In this document: piece after piece, positions 12,996 through 27,900 of the stretch
Layout: every line of letters starts with the position of its first letter
Numbering within the stretch: the stretch's first letter is position 1
Source: Haliotis rufescens
Taxonomy: Eukaryota
Direction: 5' to 3'
Assembly (NCBI RefSeq): GCF_023055435.1
Contig: NW_025963890.1
Location: 22,754,001-22,818,000, forward strand
DNA: 64,000 nt
Translations under genes and position numbers: made by a program
The notes under the pieces: model-generated
Databases searched by the model: none
What the model saw: the letters and a program-made list of their open reading frames with translations, nothing else
Told to the model about the DNA's origin: nothing

Positions 12996-13135
12996 GTATG
13001 TACTTTTGTTGTTGCCTTCTGTTAAAGTCGATGTTTTTCTCTCCGTCTGCTTCAGTGGTGCTAAACCGTTAGCTTGCTATTGAATGTGAAATAGTGGCAC
13101 AGCCGAGAACAAAGGACCTTGATCCATCTGCAATA

Positions 13136-13186
13136 ATGGCACAAAACTGCAATCAATCTAGCTATCCTTTGTGTAACCCTTGTATG
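13136..13186 (+). CDS. elav: Candidate alternative ELAV first coding exon (MAQNCNQSSYPLCNPCM)
   Basis: ataATGG start, 17 open codons, ATG|GTGAGT consensus donor, phase 0, in frame with the exon at 13957. Confidence 0.45.
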
Positions 13187-13887
13187 GTGAGTATGTGTAA
13201 GATAGAATCATATCACATTTGTTAGTTTGGTGTATTTGCCGCTGCTAACGAGCTGGCGAATCTGATTGTAACAAAGAAATGGAAGCAGTTTCACTGATGT
13301 AGAGACCATAAACAGCATTGATTTTTCTTCGGGGCTGGCATGATACAGTGTTGCCATGGATTGGCTTGATATTTCTGTTTAATGGTATCTTTAGACATGT
13401 CTATTTTGACTAATTAAATTGTCGATCTGACCCACAACGGTATTTGAGCCAGCCAAAAAATGCCATGCTGTTTTGAGGAGTGCTGTGTATGGGCTCTGTA
13501 AAAGAGGGTCATTCTTCTTTTCTTAAATGCTGCTAGTAAATGTATATAAAACTTGCCGTAATATCTAAGGAATTCGCTGTATTAAGATTGACAATTGTCC
13601 TGTAGTCAGGTTATAATGTATGTAATGTAGATCTCAAATTATTGGACTTTGTTTCATCCAAAATGTAAAAACCTGTTAAACACATAGTGTATGATATTTT
13701 GTTTTTCATGTTCAGCATGCGTAAAAATAAACTAATTGCATTAGTGCTTTGCATTAGTGGCAGGTCCTTTTTTAGTTCCTATATTTCCTACAGCTTTACC
13801 GAGAAAAAGAAATATTCACGAAAGGAATAATTTCATAAAGTGTGTATTTACTGATATTACAACCCAATCAGGCCAGAATGATCATAA

Positions 13888-14337
<450 letters not shown>

Positions 14338-16275
14338 TAGTACACACACAATAAGCAGGGCACCAGCTGTCTCCATAACAATGTCGACTGGAGGCTAATT
14401 TAATAATAACTCATCGATTCAGTGTGGAATTTGCTGCAAGATTTGAATTTGTACCTGAAATTCGGCTTTTGAGGTATTCTTTTATGTACATAGTGGATCA
14501 TTTGGGTGTTTTCCTTAATTGTGTAACTATCCAACTTTAAGAGTTCTCTGGTCTATTTGAGTCTTATTTGTATGGTACTTACAAAACAAAGTGCTCCTTG
14601 TTAGAAGTAGGCGAGGTGTGGAAAGTTTATCTGAAATCATTTCTAGCTCAGGAAATAATTGGGGTTACGAAATTAGTTTTTGAAGTTAAGAATAATGGTG
14701 ATAGTAAATTACGTTTAGTCCTATTTAAGTTGGTCTGGGTATTTTGAAACCATGTGTTGATGATGGCTGAATTTGTCATGGTAGTATGAGTCAAACCAAA
14801 TGGTATTGATTCAACAATTCCAGAACACATGTTCTGGTTATAGAATGGCCTCAGTAGTGAGGTCATGCTGTGAGGAGTTGTGTCAGGATGAATCAACAGC
14901 ATACTATAGTAGATAAGCCATTACAAATTGATTTTGAGTCATCGCTTTGAGACAGGAATAAGTCACCAGATCTGTAGATTGTCACCAAGGTTATTGGTGC
15001 TCACAGAACACCGCTATGAATAATAAATTGGGCAGGAGTTATCAATAACAAAGAGCTGCTGTGGTATAGTGAGTCAGTTGATTATGGTAGCTCTCCTTGT
15101 GGTTCAGTGATTTCCTGCCAGGATTAATAGTGTACTTTAATTAAGGGTCGAGATCTGTTAGGAACAAGATAATAGCATTTGTATTGAGCTGCACATGATG
15201 GCTAATGAAATTAAGATGGAAACATATGCCACATTTAATTATTTTGTTGCCCATTACTCAGACAGGTGCATTTCAGAGTTCTAGTTGGTTCTCAGTATTG
15301 ATTTTGGAATATGCAGCATTATATGGTAGAGAAGACTACTGTAAAGGCTCTGAAGCATGTGTAGTGGGAATACCATGTAGTTGACTCATTCTCAGAGAGC
15401 CTAAATAAAAACTCTCTGTTCCACTACTAAGAAAACAAGGAAATACAGGAACTGTAAGAAAACGTGCTCAGGATGACCCATATTTCCAGATAAACACATA
15501 CAGCATTATTCAAACTCGCGCATGTGGAAGCACTTTGTAAGACCCTCTAAAATTGTCTATAGTGTTGTGTGATTTAGTCTCGGTGTACTAGATAAACTGG
15601 AGTTGAGGGGCGAACATGGAAGTGCCATCCGTGCTGATTGCAGGCAGCAGATGGGGCAGGGAACTTTGATAAGAGGTTTTCAAGATGGGACTTGGGATGT
15701 TAGTCTTAGAGTAGATCACCAGCGGGATATGCGATAGTTCAGATCTAGCTCCCTCGGCTTGTTTTTGCAGCGGAGTGCCAGTTGCCAAGCTTGCAGTAGG
15801 AGGGGAGCACATTTTCCTTCTGTTATCTATGTGCCTATGATGGAATCAGAAACTTGAGCAAAGTATCACATTTCTGTGTTGAACCATGCAATGAAATTTT
15901 GTTCTTTAAGAAAGTCTGAAGGGATAGGCTTGTGCACCTGAGTGTTGTTTCTTGTTCATTATGTGCTGGAATTAGACAATATTTTGACAACCTGTCATCA
16001 TTCAACACTTTTTACTACCAAGTGAGATAAATTCAGAGTTTATTGTTGGTTACATGTTGCATATGTTACGTCAGAAAGTAAAATTAAATTTCAAACATTG
16101 AACTCAATTAATTTTATCTCCACTCATATTCTTAAACATTCAAAGAAATAATCTTTATTTGATCAAAGAAATTGAATTTAACTTATCATGAGTGTATGTA
16201 AATGACTACTTTTTGTTAGCTAGGATGTATTTGTCATGTTATGAAACCTTTATTTTCATTTTACTGATCCTGTAA

Positions 16276-16434
<159 letters not shown>

Positions 16435-17476
16435 TAAACATCGTTTTCAGTAAACCTTTCTTTTCAATTACTGCATAATTTTGTAACTGCATCATTTGAG
16501 TCTTAACTCTTGAGTTTGGTAATGGGACATTGCATCACCATTAGAATTGATTTTTAATTGAAACTTTTCTCTTATTTTTTCCAATCTTCCTGACAATTTG
16601 TTTTAAATAGAGCTCATGCAGGTTTTAATGAGTGACTGCATCATTCTTGTACTTATATGTATTAATAATGCCAAAACAACCCTCCAAGTCCAAAAAGGTC
16701 ATGTGACTCCTGTCGGCACTCTACTAACTATATGTAGTAGTGTTAAGGTAATTTTAGTTAATTCATTTGATTTGTTGATTAATCCTTGTGCTCTGCACCG
16801 CCCACCTTCATCCACATCCAGCCTGGCTAGTCAGCTGAACCTGTCATGGGTTTGGTAGATGGCCTTTTGTTCAGATATTTATTACTGGCAAAAACACTTT
16901 TGCTTTTTTGTAAAGATGTAGCTGGCTTTGAACACAAATCAAAACATTTCATTTGTTGGATTGTGTATAACTTTTACACGACACATGAATATTTGAACAC
17001 ACACACAACCCAGTAACTGTTGCAGCCTTCATAGATATGCAATGTCATTTTTTTATGAAGATTATATTGACAAGATAGAAGAAAACTAATGTTTCATCTG
17101 GATCCAGGGACGTCATGACACATTTCACATTGTTGATAGACAGCTAGCTGAGGCTCAGTATCACCTATAAGAGACATGTAATTAACGTGGTGCTTATGCT
17201 GTCAATCACACTTTGATATGACAGACAATTTGCACATTTCATTCTGCTTCACACATTTCTGCCTTTTTGACCACATGCAAAGAAATAACAGACAGGTAAA
17301 AACAGTAGATGATTGAAAAGGAGGGGGAAATGGTGAGTATACCAGAAATTCTAGCAAGCTGTGAGACAGACTTCCTCGCCTAAAATAAAAGCTGGTAGGG
17401 AAATCAACAGAGAGGCTTACCAAATCTGCTATATTGGACAAAACATAGAAGAATTTCACTTCTTTGTTGAGGCTGA

Positions 17477-17875
<399 letters not shown>

Positions 17876-17918
17876 TGATTTTGTCAATTTATTTACTTTG
17901 TTCAACAATTATTTGTAG

Positions 17919-18089
<171 letters not shown>

Positions 18090-19558
18090 TAGTCTGTGTG
18101 CATGATGGGTCTGTCCGTCAGTCCAGCCTCCATACCGGGCAGTTCAACGTTCATTTCGTTTCCGTTGACCAATATTTCACTTCTGTTCTTATGTTATTTT
18201 GTTAAACATGGTTGGAATGCGTTGTTTTCCACTTGTTTCTGCTAGATCATCATTTTCCTACTAATCTGCATGATTTGATAACACATTTTACTTGTGCAAG
18301 ATTTACCATTTCATCCGATATGATTTATCTACCTCAGCAGATTGTTCATCTTACATTGAGTACTGCATATGTTTCTGTATGCTTGATGTTCATTCAGCGT
18401 TGTATGTTTCCAATACAAGTGGCTTGTTGATCATATCTGCATGGATGTTGTTCAAGAAGTTTTGTCAATTGCTAGATATTTAGTGTGTTTTCCCACTTCT
18501 TAAGTTCCAATTTGAGATACAGGAAGTTAACTATCCACTACTCTAACATTCTCATTTCATTAAGATTTTGACAGTTTGGCTTGTTCAGTGTCCAAAGAAA
18601 GAAGTGACTAAGGTTATGAATTCATGTGAAAGCGTCAAAGGACTTCTAAAATCAATGAAGAATTATATCCACTTGTTTAAAGTTTATCTCTAGGTTAATT
18701 TTATTTAGTAATTTGAATACTTTGTTGTTTATTTTGGCAAGAAATGTTGAGTTTGTTGTTGTCTGTTTGTGAAATAATTTTTTCCAAGGCATGAAGGAGG
18801 AAAACTTAGTTGAAAATTTGGTTTTGTTTCTTTGGGTTTCTTGTCCTATTGAAATGGTCAGATCCTTCTAGACAGTTGTGAGGCAGTAATTTCCAGAAAA
18901 TGTGTCATAGTTTTGGCAAAGAAATGCACATATCATTTATAAACTTGCCATGTCAGGTAATATTCAAAAAGTCAAAGTACACCCACCCTTACTTTACACT
19001 TGGTTAGTGCCTACATTTATATCAACATGTTTATTTTGTAACACTTGCCATATTTAGTTTGTTACATGTTTATAATTGTATATTTTTAAGTATATGTACA
19101 TGAGTTGTTAAGTTACTTTCCACATTTAGTTGTCATTGTTTATTTGAATGTAATGATACAGTAGTGGTGTTTCCACTGTCAGTCTGCATTTACCAGTAAC
19201 TTCCCAAGCCGATTGTTCAACTTGTTTGTACTCGATGGTGCTTGTATATATTATCAAAATGCTTGGTGTAGTTGAGATATGCTTACAAGAAATATAATCA
19301 TTTGTCAAGCGTCAGCACAGTATTTATCAAATATTGCATTTTTAAATTTGATCAGCAATACTCTACATGTTTAGCCATGTACATAAATGTTAAAATTGAG
19401 CTTTAGGGTTAGTGTTTTCATGTAACAACAGAAGTTTAGACAAGACCTATACAAAGGAAAAGCATCTTTGATGTATTTCATGAGTTTCCTTTCTTTTGTA
19501 GGGATAATGGAGATTTATCTTGTTCAGATAGTAATATGATGCTACTTTACTATTTCAG

Positions 19559-19805
19559 GTTTATCCAAAGGGGTAGGGTTTATTCGGTTTGACCAGCGAG
19601 TGGAAGCTGAACGAGCAATCAACAAGCTGCATGGGCATATCCCAGAGGGGGCCACTGAAGGAATCACTGTCAAATTTGCAAACTCCCCAAGCTCCAACAA
19701 AAACATGACAACACTCACACCCTTAGCCCTAGCAGCTACCTACGTTTCCCCAACACGGAGGTACTATGGACCTATTCATCACCCCACAGCAGCTAGCAGA
19801 TTGAG
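19559..19805 (+). CDS. elav: ELAV exon 5 (second half of RRM2 and hinge)
   Basis: tttcAG acceptor; (G)LSKGVGFIRFDQRVEAERAI...ITVKFANSPS...ASRL(R); GTgcgt donor; 247 nt. Confidence 0.95.
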
Positions 19806-19959
19806 GTGCGTGAACACTGTAGAAACTCATCTAATTGGATATGCTAACATTAGCAATAATGAACCTATAGAGTTTCAGAAGCTTAATTGCAAATATGTTA
19901 TAAATAAGCAAGTATAAATTGCAGTGTGTTCAGTTCTTTAGTGATTGGATGTGTAATGA

Positions 19960-20472
<513 letters not shown>

Positions 20473-23090
20473 GACACGCACGTCTGATCATCTAGTCACC
20501 CCATACATTTCTACAACAAAAATTGCGGACTTTCATTCGTCATGGGCAGACATGACATGAAGAACTTCGATTTGTTTATGACTGCCTATGAAAGGTAACA
20601 TTCAGGAAATCCATGACGATAATTTGCATATATGGAGTCAAATTTTCCATTATCTATCAAACTGAATCGTGGGAGAATCTCCTAAGAAAACCACTTGTGT
20701 TCATTACTCTTTGTGCATAATTTATTTGACCCTTTTTTCGGTGTATATTGAGTTGTCTCTATTTAATATTTGTGTTGATATTAAAATAGCTTTTTGTGTC
20801 TTAGGAAGACTGGAAGAGCCAGATCTGTGAAAAATCATATCGCATAATTTATTATCGGTTTTTGAGAAATGTGCTTACAGTGCACGTAGCAAGCTCAAGT
20901 TTGAATTGTTTCAGTATTGTTCTACATGTTCCCTCAGTCCATTTATTTATTGCATTATTTATATTGGATCCACGGTTCTTTTGTGGGTTATATTAAATTT
21001 TGGTTTATTTGATTTTGTTGTGTCTGTTTTGTCTTGCATGAGCCTATACTTTGATAGGCCCATCCATTTTATTTTGTTACAAAGCGTGTTGTACTAATCC
21101 ATTGTCTCCTAATTCCAATCCTTTCTGTCTCATGACAGTGTGAAAGTTTGGAACTAGACTGACAGAAAACTGAATGTATAATAACAACCACTCACCGAGT
21201 TCAGTGCACCCTTTTTGATGCCAATCATTCATAACTTTTGTTTGTCTGGACATTTGAGTTGGAATGGGAATGAGTTATTCGTTCCAGTTTAGTTTTATTT
21301 GAAGGCCAAGTTTTCTGATTTCCGTTCTCTTTATTTCTTTAATTTCTGCATGCATTTGAAGAATAACAATGCATGTGTGAATTAATTGGATATTTTCAAT
21401 GTTGATAATGAAAATGAATTTGTTGGAGATATCCCATCTCATATATTTTACAATGTTAACTGTATGTATACTTTTCATAGGCATTTCAATTTTACGACCA
21501 TACATGCTGACGTATCAGGTTTCGGATCTTCCACACTCAAAACTGTTGATCAATCTATTAAGATTAATTATTAATGAAGAGGTCACAATTTCATGTATAT
21601 ATTATATATATCCGATGCAATAGTCATGGCATCTTCATCAATTACCACAAAACATTTTTTAATTAAACTCATTTGTTTTGGTCATATTTGACTGAGACAC
21701 TTTACACATTGTTGAATGTGTATGAAACATTCCGGAGAGAGAGAAAGACAGACTGTGGTATGCACATGCCCACATACATTGCATAATGTGTGATCATGCA
21801 GGATAGATACTTGTGTATATATTGAACAGCCTTCATGCTAAAATGTATAAACTGAGAAGGGAACAATCTGTATAAAAGGAGCAGTGCACAAATGTGATGA
21901 TTGATTCTAATTCCAAGTTTATAAAAGTTTTTATACCTTTAAGAGAAACCATTGAATATATGTTTGGATCATTTATTGCTCTTTTTTGAAGGAGCGAACG
22001 TTTTGGCAGTCTTGTTGGAAACTGTTTATGACGTATAATTGTTCTATTTTATGGACAAACAGCAAATATTCTTTTACATAGACTTCCAAACTGATGTCTC
22101 CTTGTAGGCCCTGAGGCCCAATTATATATGCAATCCCTTTTACCCATTTTAATTGTTGGAGACTATCGAAAATAATAGTGGTCAGTGGAATTTGTTACAT
22201 GTGTTTTTTGACAACTATGTGTGGCCAGAACTACACTGGCAAATCTTCTAGTCTTGTTGCTGATCTAGACCTATCATTATTCTTCTCCCAATTTACAGTT
22301 AAATCATGTGCCAACTATCCAACAGTGCTATATATGGTAGATTTTCTGTTCCATGTTCTCAAATCTGTGCTGTTCAAATTGCACATTTTACCAACTTATT
22401 TACCTGTAGTACAAGCAAGAGCAGACAAAAGTTATGCATGATTGTTTGTCCCGGATCAATTCTTATTTCACTATTTCAATTTTCAATTTGTCTTCAGTAC
22501 CCAACTGAAGTTTGACAGGAACGTTGCTATATCTCCTTGTGTGAGTGTAGCTTTTTCCTGATAGATTTATTCAATTTATAGTTTCATCTTATTATAGATT
22601 TTATTGTATTCTTGAGAGTTTTCAATTTTCAAAGTTTTTCTTGTTCAGTGTTTTTTTCTTGTTTGAGAATTTTTTCTCTTGATTCATTCCATGAAATAAT
22701 GACATGGGGTTAGACTTTGTTAGGATGGCTGTTTCCAAGGGTAACAATATAGTGTTGTTGGGTTACACAGTTGCAGAAGAATGTCCTACAAAGTCCCACC
22801 CAATGAGTTTAGAGTTTCAATTTCACCGTCTCTGTGTGCTTTAAAGCTTTGCGTTTGTATCACTTGTAGTAGATTGTCTCGTCCCCCAGTTGCTAAAATA
22901 ATCAGTATCCACCAAATCAAAATGTGCTCTCTCTCCTCTCTCTACTTTCCAGCAGTATGTATTGTTGTACCCAAAGACAAGAAGCTCCGAGCTGTTGTCA
23001 TTATTCGTAGTTTCAGTTGTATTGCAATATTTGTACTTTTACATGTGAAACTATTTACACAAATAAAAACTTGCAAGAAATTATACTCTC
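20473..23090 (+). other. elav: Putative long U/AU-rich ELAV 3' UTR
   Basis: No recognisable interspersed repeats, U-rich; first canonical AATAAA seen at 23062-23067, second at 23255-23260; ATTAAA variants earlier. Confidence 0.55.
23062..23067 (+). terminator. Candidate polyadenylation signal
   Basis: AATAAA with upstream TGTA motifs and U-rich sequence downstream. Confidence 0.5.
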
Positions 23091-24655
23091 ACATCATTTC
23101 TTATTTCTCCTGTCATTCAGCCTAGGTAAGACTTAATGACCCGCCCATCATCCTCATTCACCCAACACCAGCTTATGTAAGTTTGATGGAAAGCGTTACT
23201 CCAATAATTGCTTGTGTTACATACTCTGTTAATGTATGGATAGAGTAGACAGTGAATAAAGCCACATCATTCCTACATACTGAAGTGATCATGTGATGGC
23301 ATTCAAACGGATTTGGGTGTTGGATCCCTACCAAAGAAAATCTTTGATTGTTTAAGTAGAATTTCCTTTCCTTCCATGACTTGGAAGTGATTACACTTTA
23401 CTAATAGTTTCACATCAGTTTAATCTGATCCAGTGACCTCTCCCCATACTATGACTGCTTGGCTGTGTGACTGAAGACAGCATACTTACTAACCATCTAA
23501 TATGACATTGAGGTAGTCTTAGACAGGGTGTGTTCATTCCGCAGCTTGGGCTAATGCCAGGATTTCTTAGCATTAACCAGATTAGTCCCTTGATGATTAA
23601 GCTACTTAGTTCTAAACAAATAAAGTATCTCTTGGACATCATGCTTTTACTACTGGGAATACTGTTTTGGTGAAATGCAATGATTCTGCTTGCAAAGCTG
23701 ATCTGTTTATACTTGTATAAGCTGTGATTTTGAGAATGGTGTATGGCATTTCCATGTTGAATTGAGGAGGTGCTTGAAAGATACCGATTCAGAAGTATTA
23801 GTCCTGCATTCCTAGGTTCAACAAGATATTTAAACGCACACATTGGAAAATGTTTTCATAAGTGTTTCTTTTATAAATCAATCGGGTCTATGAAATCTTC
23901 AAACTGCAATCATAGCCATAAAAATGTTTACCTTTTTCTGAGACAACAATACTTGTTTTTGATCGATTACTGAACAGAGGTTATAGCTCGAGTAGTGTTC
24001 CCCTTTTACCTCATTGCAATGTATAGCAGACATTAAAATATACAAACAGTTGACTTCACAAATACTATTTATATGTACTTCTGTCTGAATTGTCTGGCCT
24101 TGTTAGAAACTAGGCGTCTACACTGTCAGGGTTCAGCTCTATGTGTAGTCAGTAAGAATCTGCTTGCTTGGCTTGCTGAACAAGCCAACCTAATTGTCTG
24201 GGAACACATGGTAAAGAGCACCAATTTGGTGGTGGTGTTTGTGGGTTAAAACCTGGGCTAGGCAGTGCCAGTGCCGTGCCACTGTCACACACCACCATCC
24301 TAGAAAAGGGGGATGATATCTATGAGCAACACTTAAACCTCCAAGGTGGATCATGTTGAAACCTACAGTAAAACCTAAATAAGAATATATATATATAATG
24401 ATGAATCCATCAGTCCTGTGTGGAAGGAAATACTTCAGTGGAATATATATTTATTTATTATTTTTTCAGTTAGGCTTCTAATAAGCTCCAAATGTAGGTT
24501 CAATTTCACTAATTTCGGAAACGATATAGATGGTAATTATTTGTTTAAAGTCCCATTTATTATTGGTTCAGGGGCAACGTAAGCACATATACGAAGAGAG
24601 TGCCCAATGTTGTTTGTCCCAATAGCTGTAGGATAACCGTTAGGATATATATACC

Positions 24656-24900
24656 GTGTGCGTGATAGCCAACGTGGAACTAGTGAATATCGTGTTACAT
24701 TTCGATTCACTAACGACTATACCGTGGTATACACATGGTTACTATTGGACACAGATCAAAGACGATGTATCCCGTGTATATACAACCATTCCCAATTACC
24801 ATACAACCCAAGCCCACTCCAGTCCGTCAGGAATGGTCCCCCGAGATGCCGTGTCGACAGCACGGGAGTAGCTGACTTCAATGCAGGACTCCGTTAACCT
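24656..24900 (+). mobile_element. Possible decayed Gypsy/Ginger-type integrase zinc-binding fragment
   Basis: GYYWTQIKDDVSRV and PLQSV resemble the YYWPxMxxDVxxYV...PLQPI pattern; short and frameshifted. Confidence 0.3.
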
Positions 24901-27900
24901 AACGCCCGAGATACATTGAAAGTTGCCGAGTCTCCCGAGACCTCGCCAAGGATACTCTCACACCTCGAACGCGAGGCCATCACCCACAGGATTTACAAGT
25001 ATGGAAAGATCACGATACAAATTGATAAGGAAAATTGGATTACCGCGGTGGCTATTTCCCCTCCAGACGGGAATCGTATAGCATCATCTAGAGCGGGTTC
25101 CGCTCTCACTGTGTAAAAGTGATTTTAAACAACTTACGTCTGCCTTCCCACCGACTTTGATAATTACACCTAATATTGTGTAAAGTATGTTCATAAAAGG
25201 TTTCGATTGATATAAATATTACATTAAAATTTAATCTAGATTTTATTCGTGAACTGTTTTACAAAACCCACCCACTGAGAAAAAAAATAAATATATAAAT
25301 CTCAAACAATACTCTAATGTATTGCTACAAGTGCTCTGCGATTTTTATGGCGGGAGTTTCCACGCAAGTAATGAGCATATACAAGCAATAAGAGCATGCC
25401 ACGCGGGCTACCCGAAGCAGCATCTGTGTTGGTATTCAGATCCTTTCAATGTCGGAAACAGCTGGCCACACAGAGAAAGAGAATGCATTATCTATATTGT
25501 TCCCAAGCCTGGGCACACGACTTGTTCGCGGGACGAGGTGACAGATGGTATAGAAAATATGACCCGACCCAGGCGCGCTTTGAGCGTCGTCCTCATTCAC
25601 TGCGCATGCGTCCCTTGGGAGGCCTCTTTTAACCAATTGGAAGTTGTCCCAGAGAGCAGGTGCACCATCTCGAAAATCTTTTGTTGCAAAGATTGCAACA
25701 AAAATAGTGCTTACAAAACCGAGCCCCTGGGTGAGGCGGTACTCCTTCACCCATAACAAACATAGGATTTATTTTATATCTGCTTGATCCATCATGATAA
25801 CATAATGACCACACGTCAATGTCACCTGCCAGAATTGTATGTATAACAGTGAGTAGTTGTTTTGAGGTGGTACAATGTTCCTCAAATCGGCATTAAACTG
25901 AAAAAGCGAATTATTGTGATCATTGTCGGTACGTGTATTTATAGACAACTAAAAACACAAAATTGGAAAGATGTTAACGATAAAACAACTGAAATTTAAC
26001 GGGTTCAGAAATCGTTCAAGTTCTTGAAGTGTCCCCAATCATATAGAAACTAACTAACACTTAGTCAATGAAAACATGTCAATGAAAATATTTCTTTCTT
26101 TTTTTTCTTTTTTTTGAAAGAACATTTCCTCTTCTGCTGTTTGTGTTAAATCAAGCAAACTAGACTGTGTTAGTTAGATCTAGACTTGCCTTGGCTTTTA
26201 GTAATAAAAAAATACCTAAACAAATATAAATTCCACAGTCATGGTGCAGGACTAGCTGCATCAGTATTAGGTATCCCTGAATCATCAGCCATGCCAACAC
26301 TATATATTAATTGCTGCTTGTTGCACTTTATGAGTGACGACAGTTTCAGAAATAGGTAAGACAATTTGCCGTTCTTTGAACAGCATCAACTGAGCACTAG
26401 TGTCACATTCGCTTATAGCCCACGTGTTATGTAACAATACAATCAAATCACGAAACACTTGTTCTCACAGTGATGATAGTATGGCTAACCTGAATAGGTT
26501 TTTATTAAACTATTTATAATTATGTTTAAGCACACTGGAAGTGGTTAGCGGTTCTCGAAACGCACTGTTGAAATAGATATATGACTATGATTATTCAGCT
26601 CACGTGTATATATGCATGCACCAAAGTAAAATGTCTTTCCTTCGTTTACGTATAGAAACTATTTCCACTGTAAGTGTCCCTTACGGGGGGACTATGCTCC
26701 ATAATCAGGCGCCCATTTTCGGAGTAGGTCGAGACTCTGACAATGATACAGCTTGATATAATTAATTAAACTGCAGTTAAAAGAAAGAACAAATCGGGTT
26801 CTGAATGGCGAATAAACTCTACAAGGACTAAAAATAGACCCAAACAAGGTCTCCTCCAAGAACGAATCCGTCATATATACTCCAAAGAACCTCTCATCCT
26901 TCGTATTCCATTCTGACGCCTACTAGATCCCGAAAAAAGCTCTTAAATTCTACCTGTAATTGATATACATGTACATTGTAAGTCCAAATCAGAAACCATT
27001 CTCAGCTCCTTTACTCTTGTTCGCATCTTAAATTAAACTGACCAACCAACGGTATTTTCGAAATGTCAGAGGATGGTCGTTTTCCCACACAGTCAACGTT
27101 AATGCGTCCGTATTTTATATCTGACGTTGTTAATTACTCTACAAAGTTCGACCACGCTAGGGCTTCCGCTCGGCTTCAAATGAAGGTAATTAGGATCTCT
27201 GTGGAACACACATACCTACTATTGTAACCCCGACGCTAGTCCAAAACTCATGGCTTCCTCCATATATAGCAACTCAATATAAATAAACCAGACGGCGTGA
27301 GAGCAAATATGTGATAATTTGCTCCAAATATATGTCACTGCTTGATAATCGATTAGACTGCGTCTAACGGGTTGTAAGTTGTCTAGGCATAATAATCCAT
27401 CGATTTTCGCGTCACAAGCTGATTATTTGACACGGTTTTTAATTGGAGTCCTTTTTGGTCGAATCTCATATGAAATTCGATCCAAAGAAGACACCTGTGC
27501 ATGTATGTGTTTTTCAAATATTTAATAGTATTTCAATACTCAGCTTGACATGTTGTCTTTCAGAAAGAAAATTAAATCGTTAACGTTAGAGGATAATCAG
27601 CCTCGATTATCCACCGAAACAGATTGCATTTGGCGTTGAGGCAAATTAGTGGTGAAAATGATGAATGGATGACACCAGGTGTTCGCTAAAAGGGTAAGCA
27701 TCTCATGTCCTACCGGTATCACCGCGAAACAAAGTAGTCAATAGCTAAAAGTAACAATGTTGAGATGTTATTAACGAAACGATTATCAGATAGTAACTAC
27801 GTGGCAGATATTATCGTAAAAGGTGTACATGACTCGGGCCATTTTGCAGTCCCAGCCAGTTTCAGCCATGTCATTCAAAAGCCACTTTATTTATCTGCTC

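Noticed and set aside
17285-17338. Possible extra exon ending at ATG|gtgagt (17332/17333)
   Set aside because: Good donor but no convincing acceptor or ELAV-like coding; cannot be supported without reads.
19806-19917. Read-through of exon 5 giving an RRM3-less ELAV
   Set aside because: Valid donor at 19806 and an in-frame exon 6; the extension looks like ordinary AT-rich intron.
25322-25814. Overlapping 100-144 aa ORFs
   Set aside because: No recognisable domain or splice structure; probably decayed repeat.
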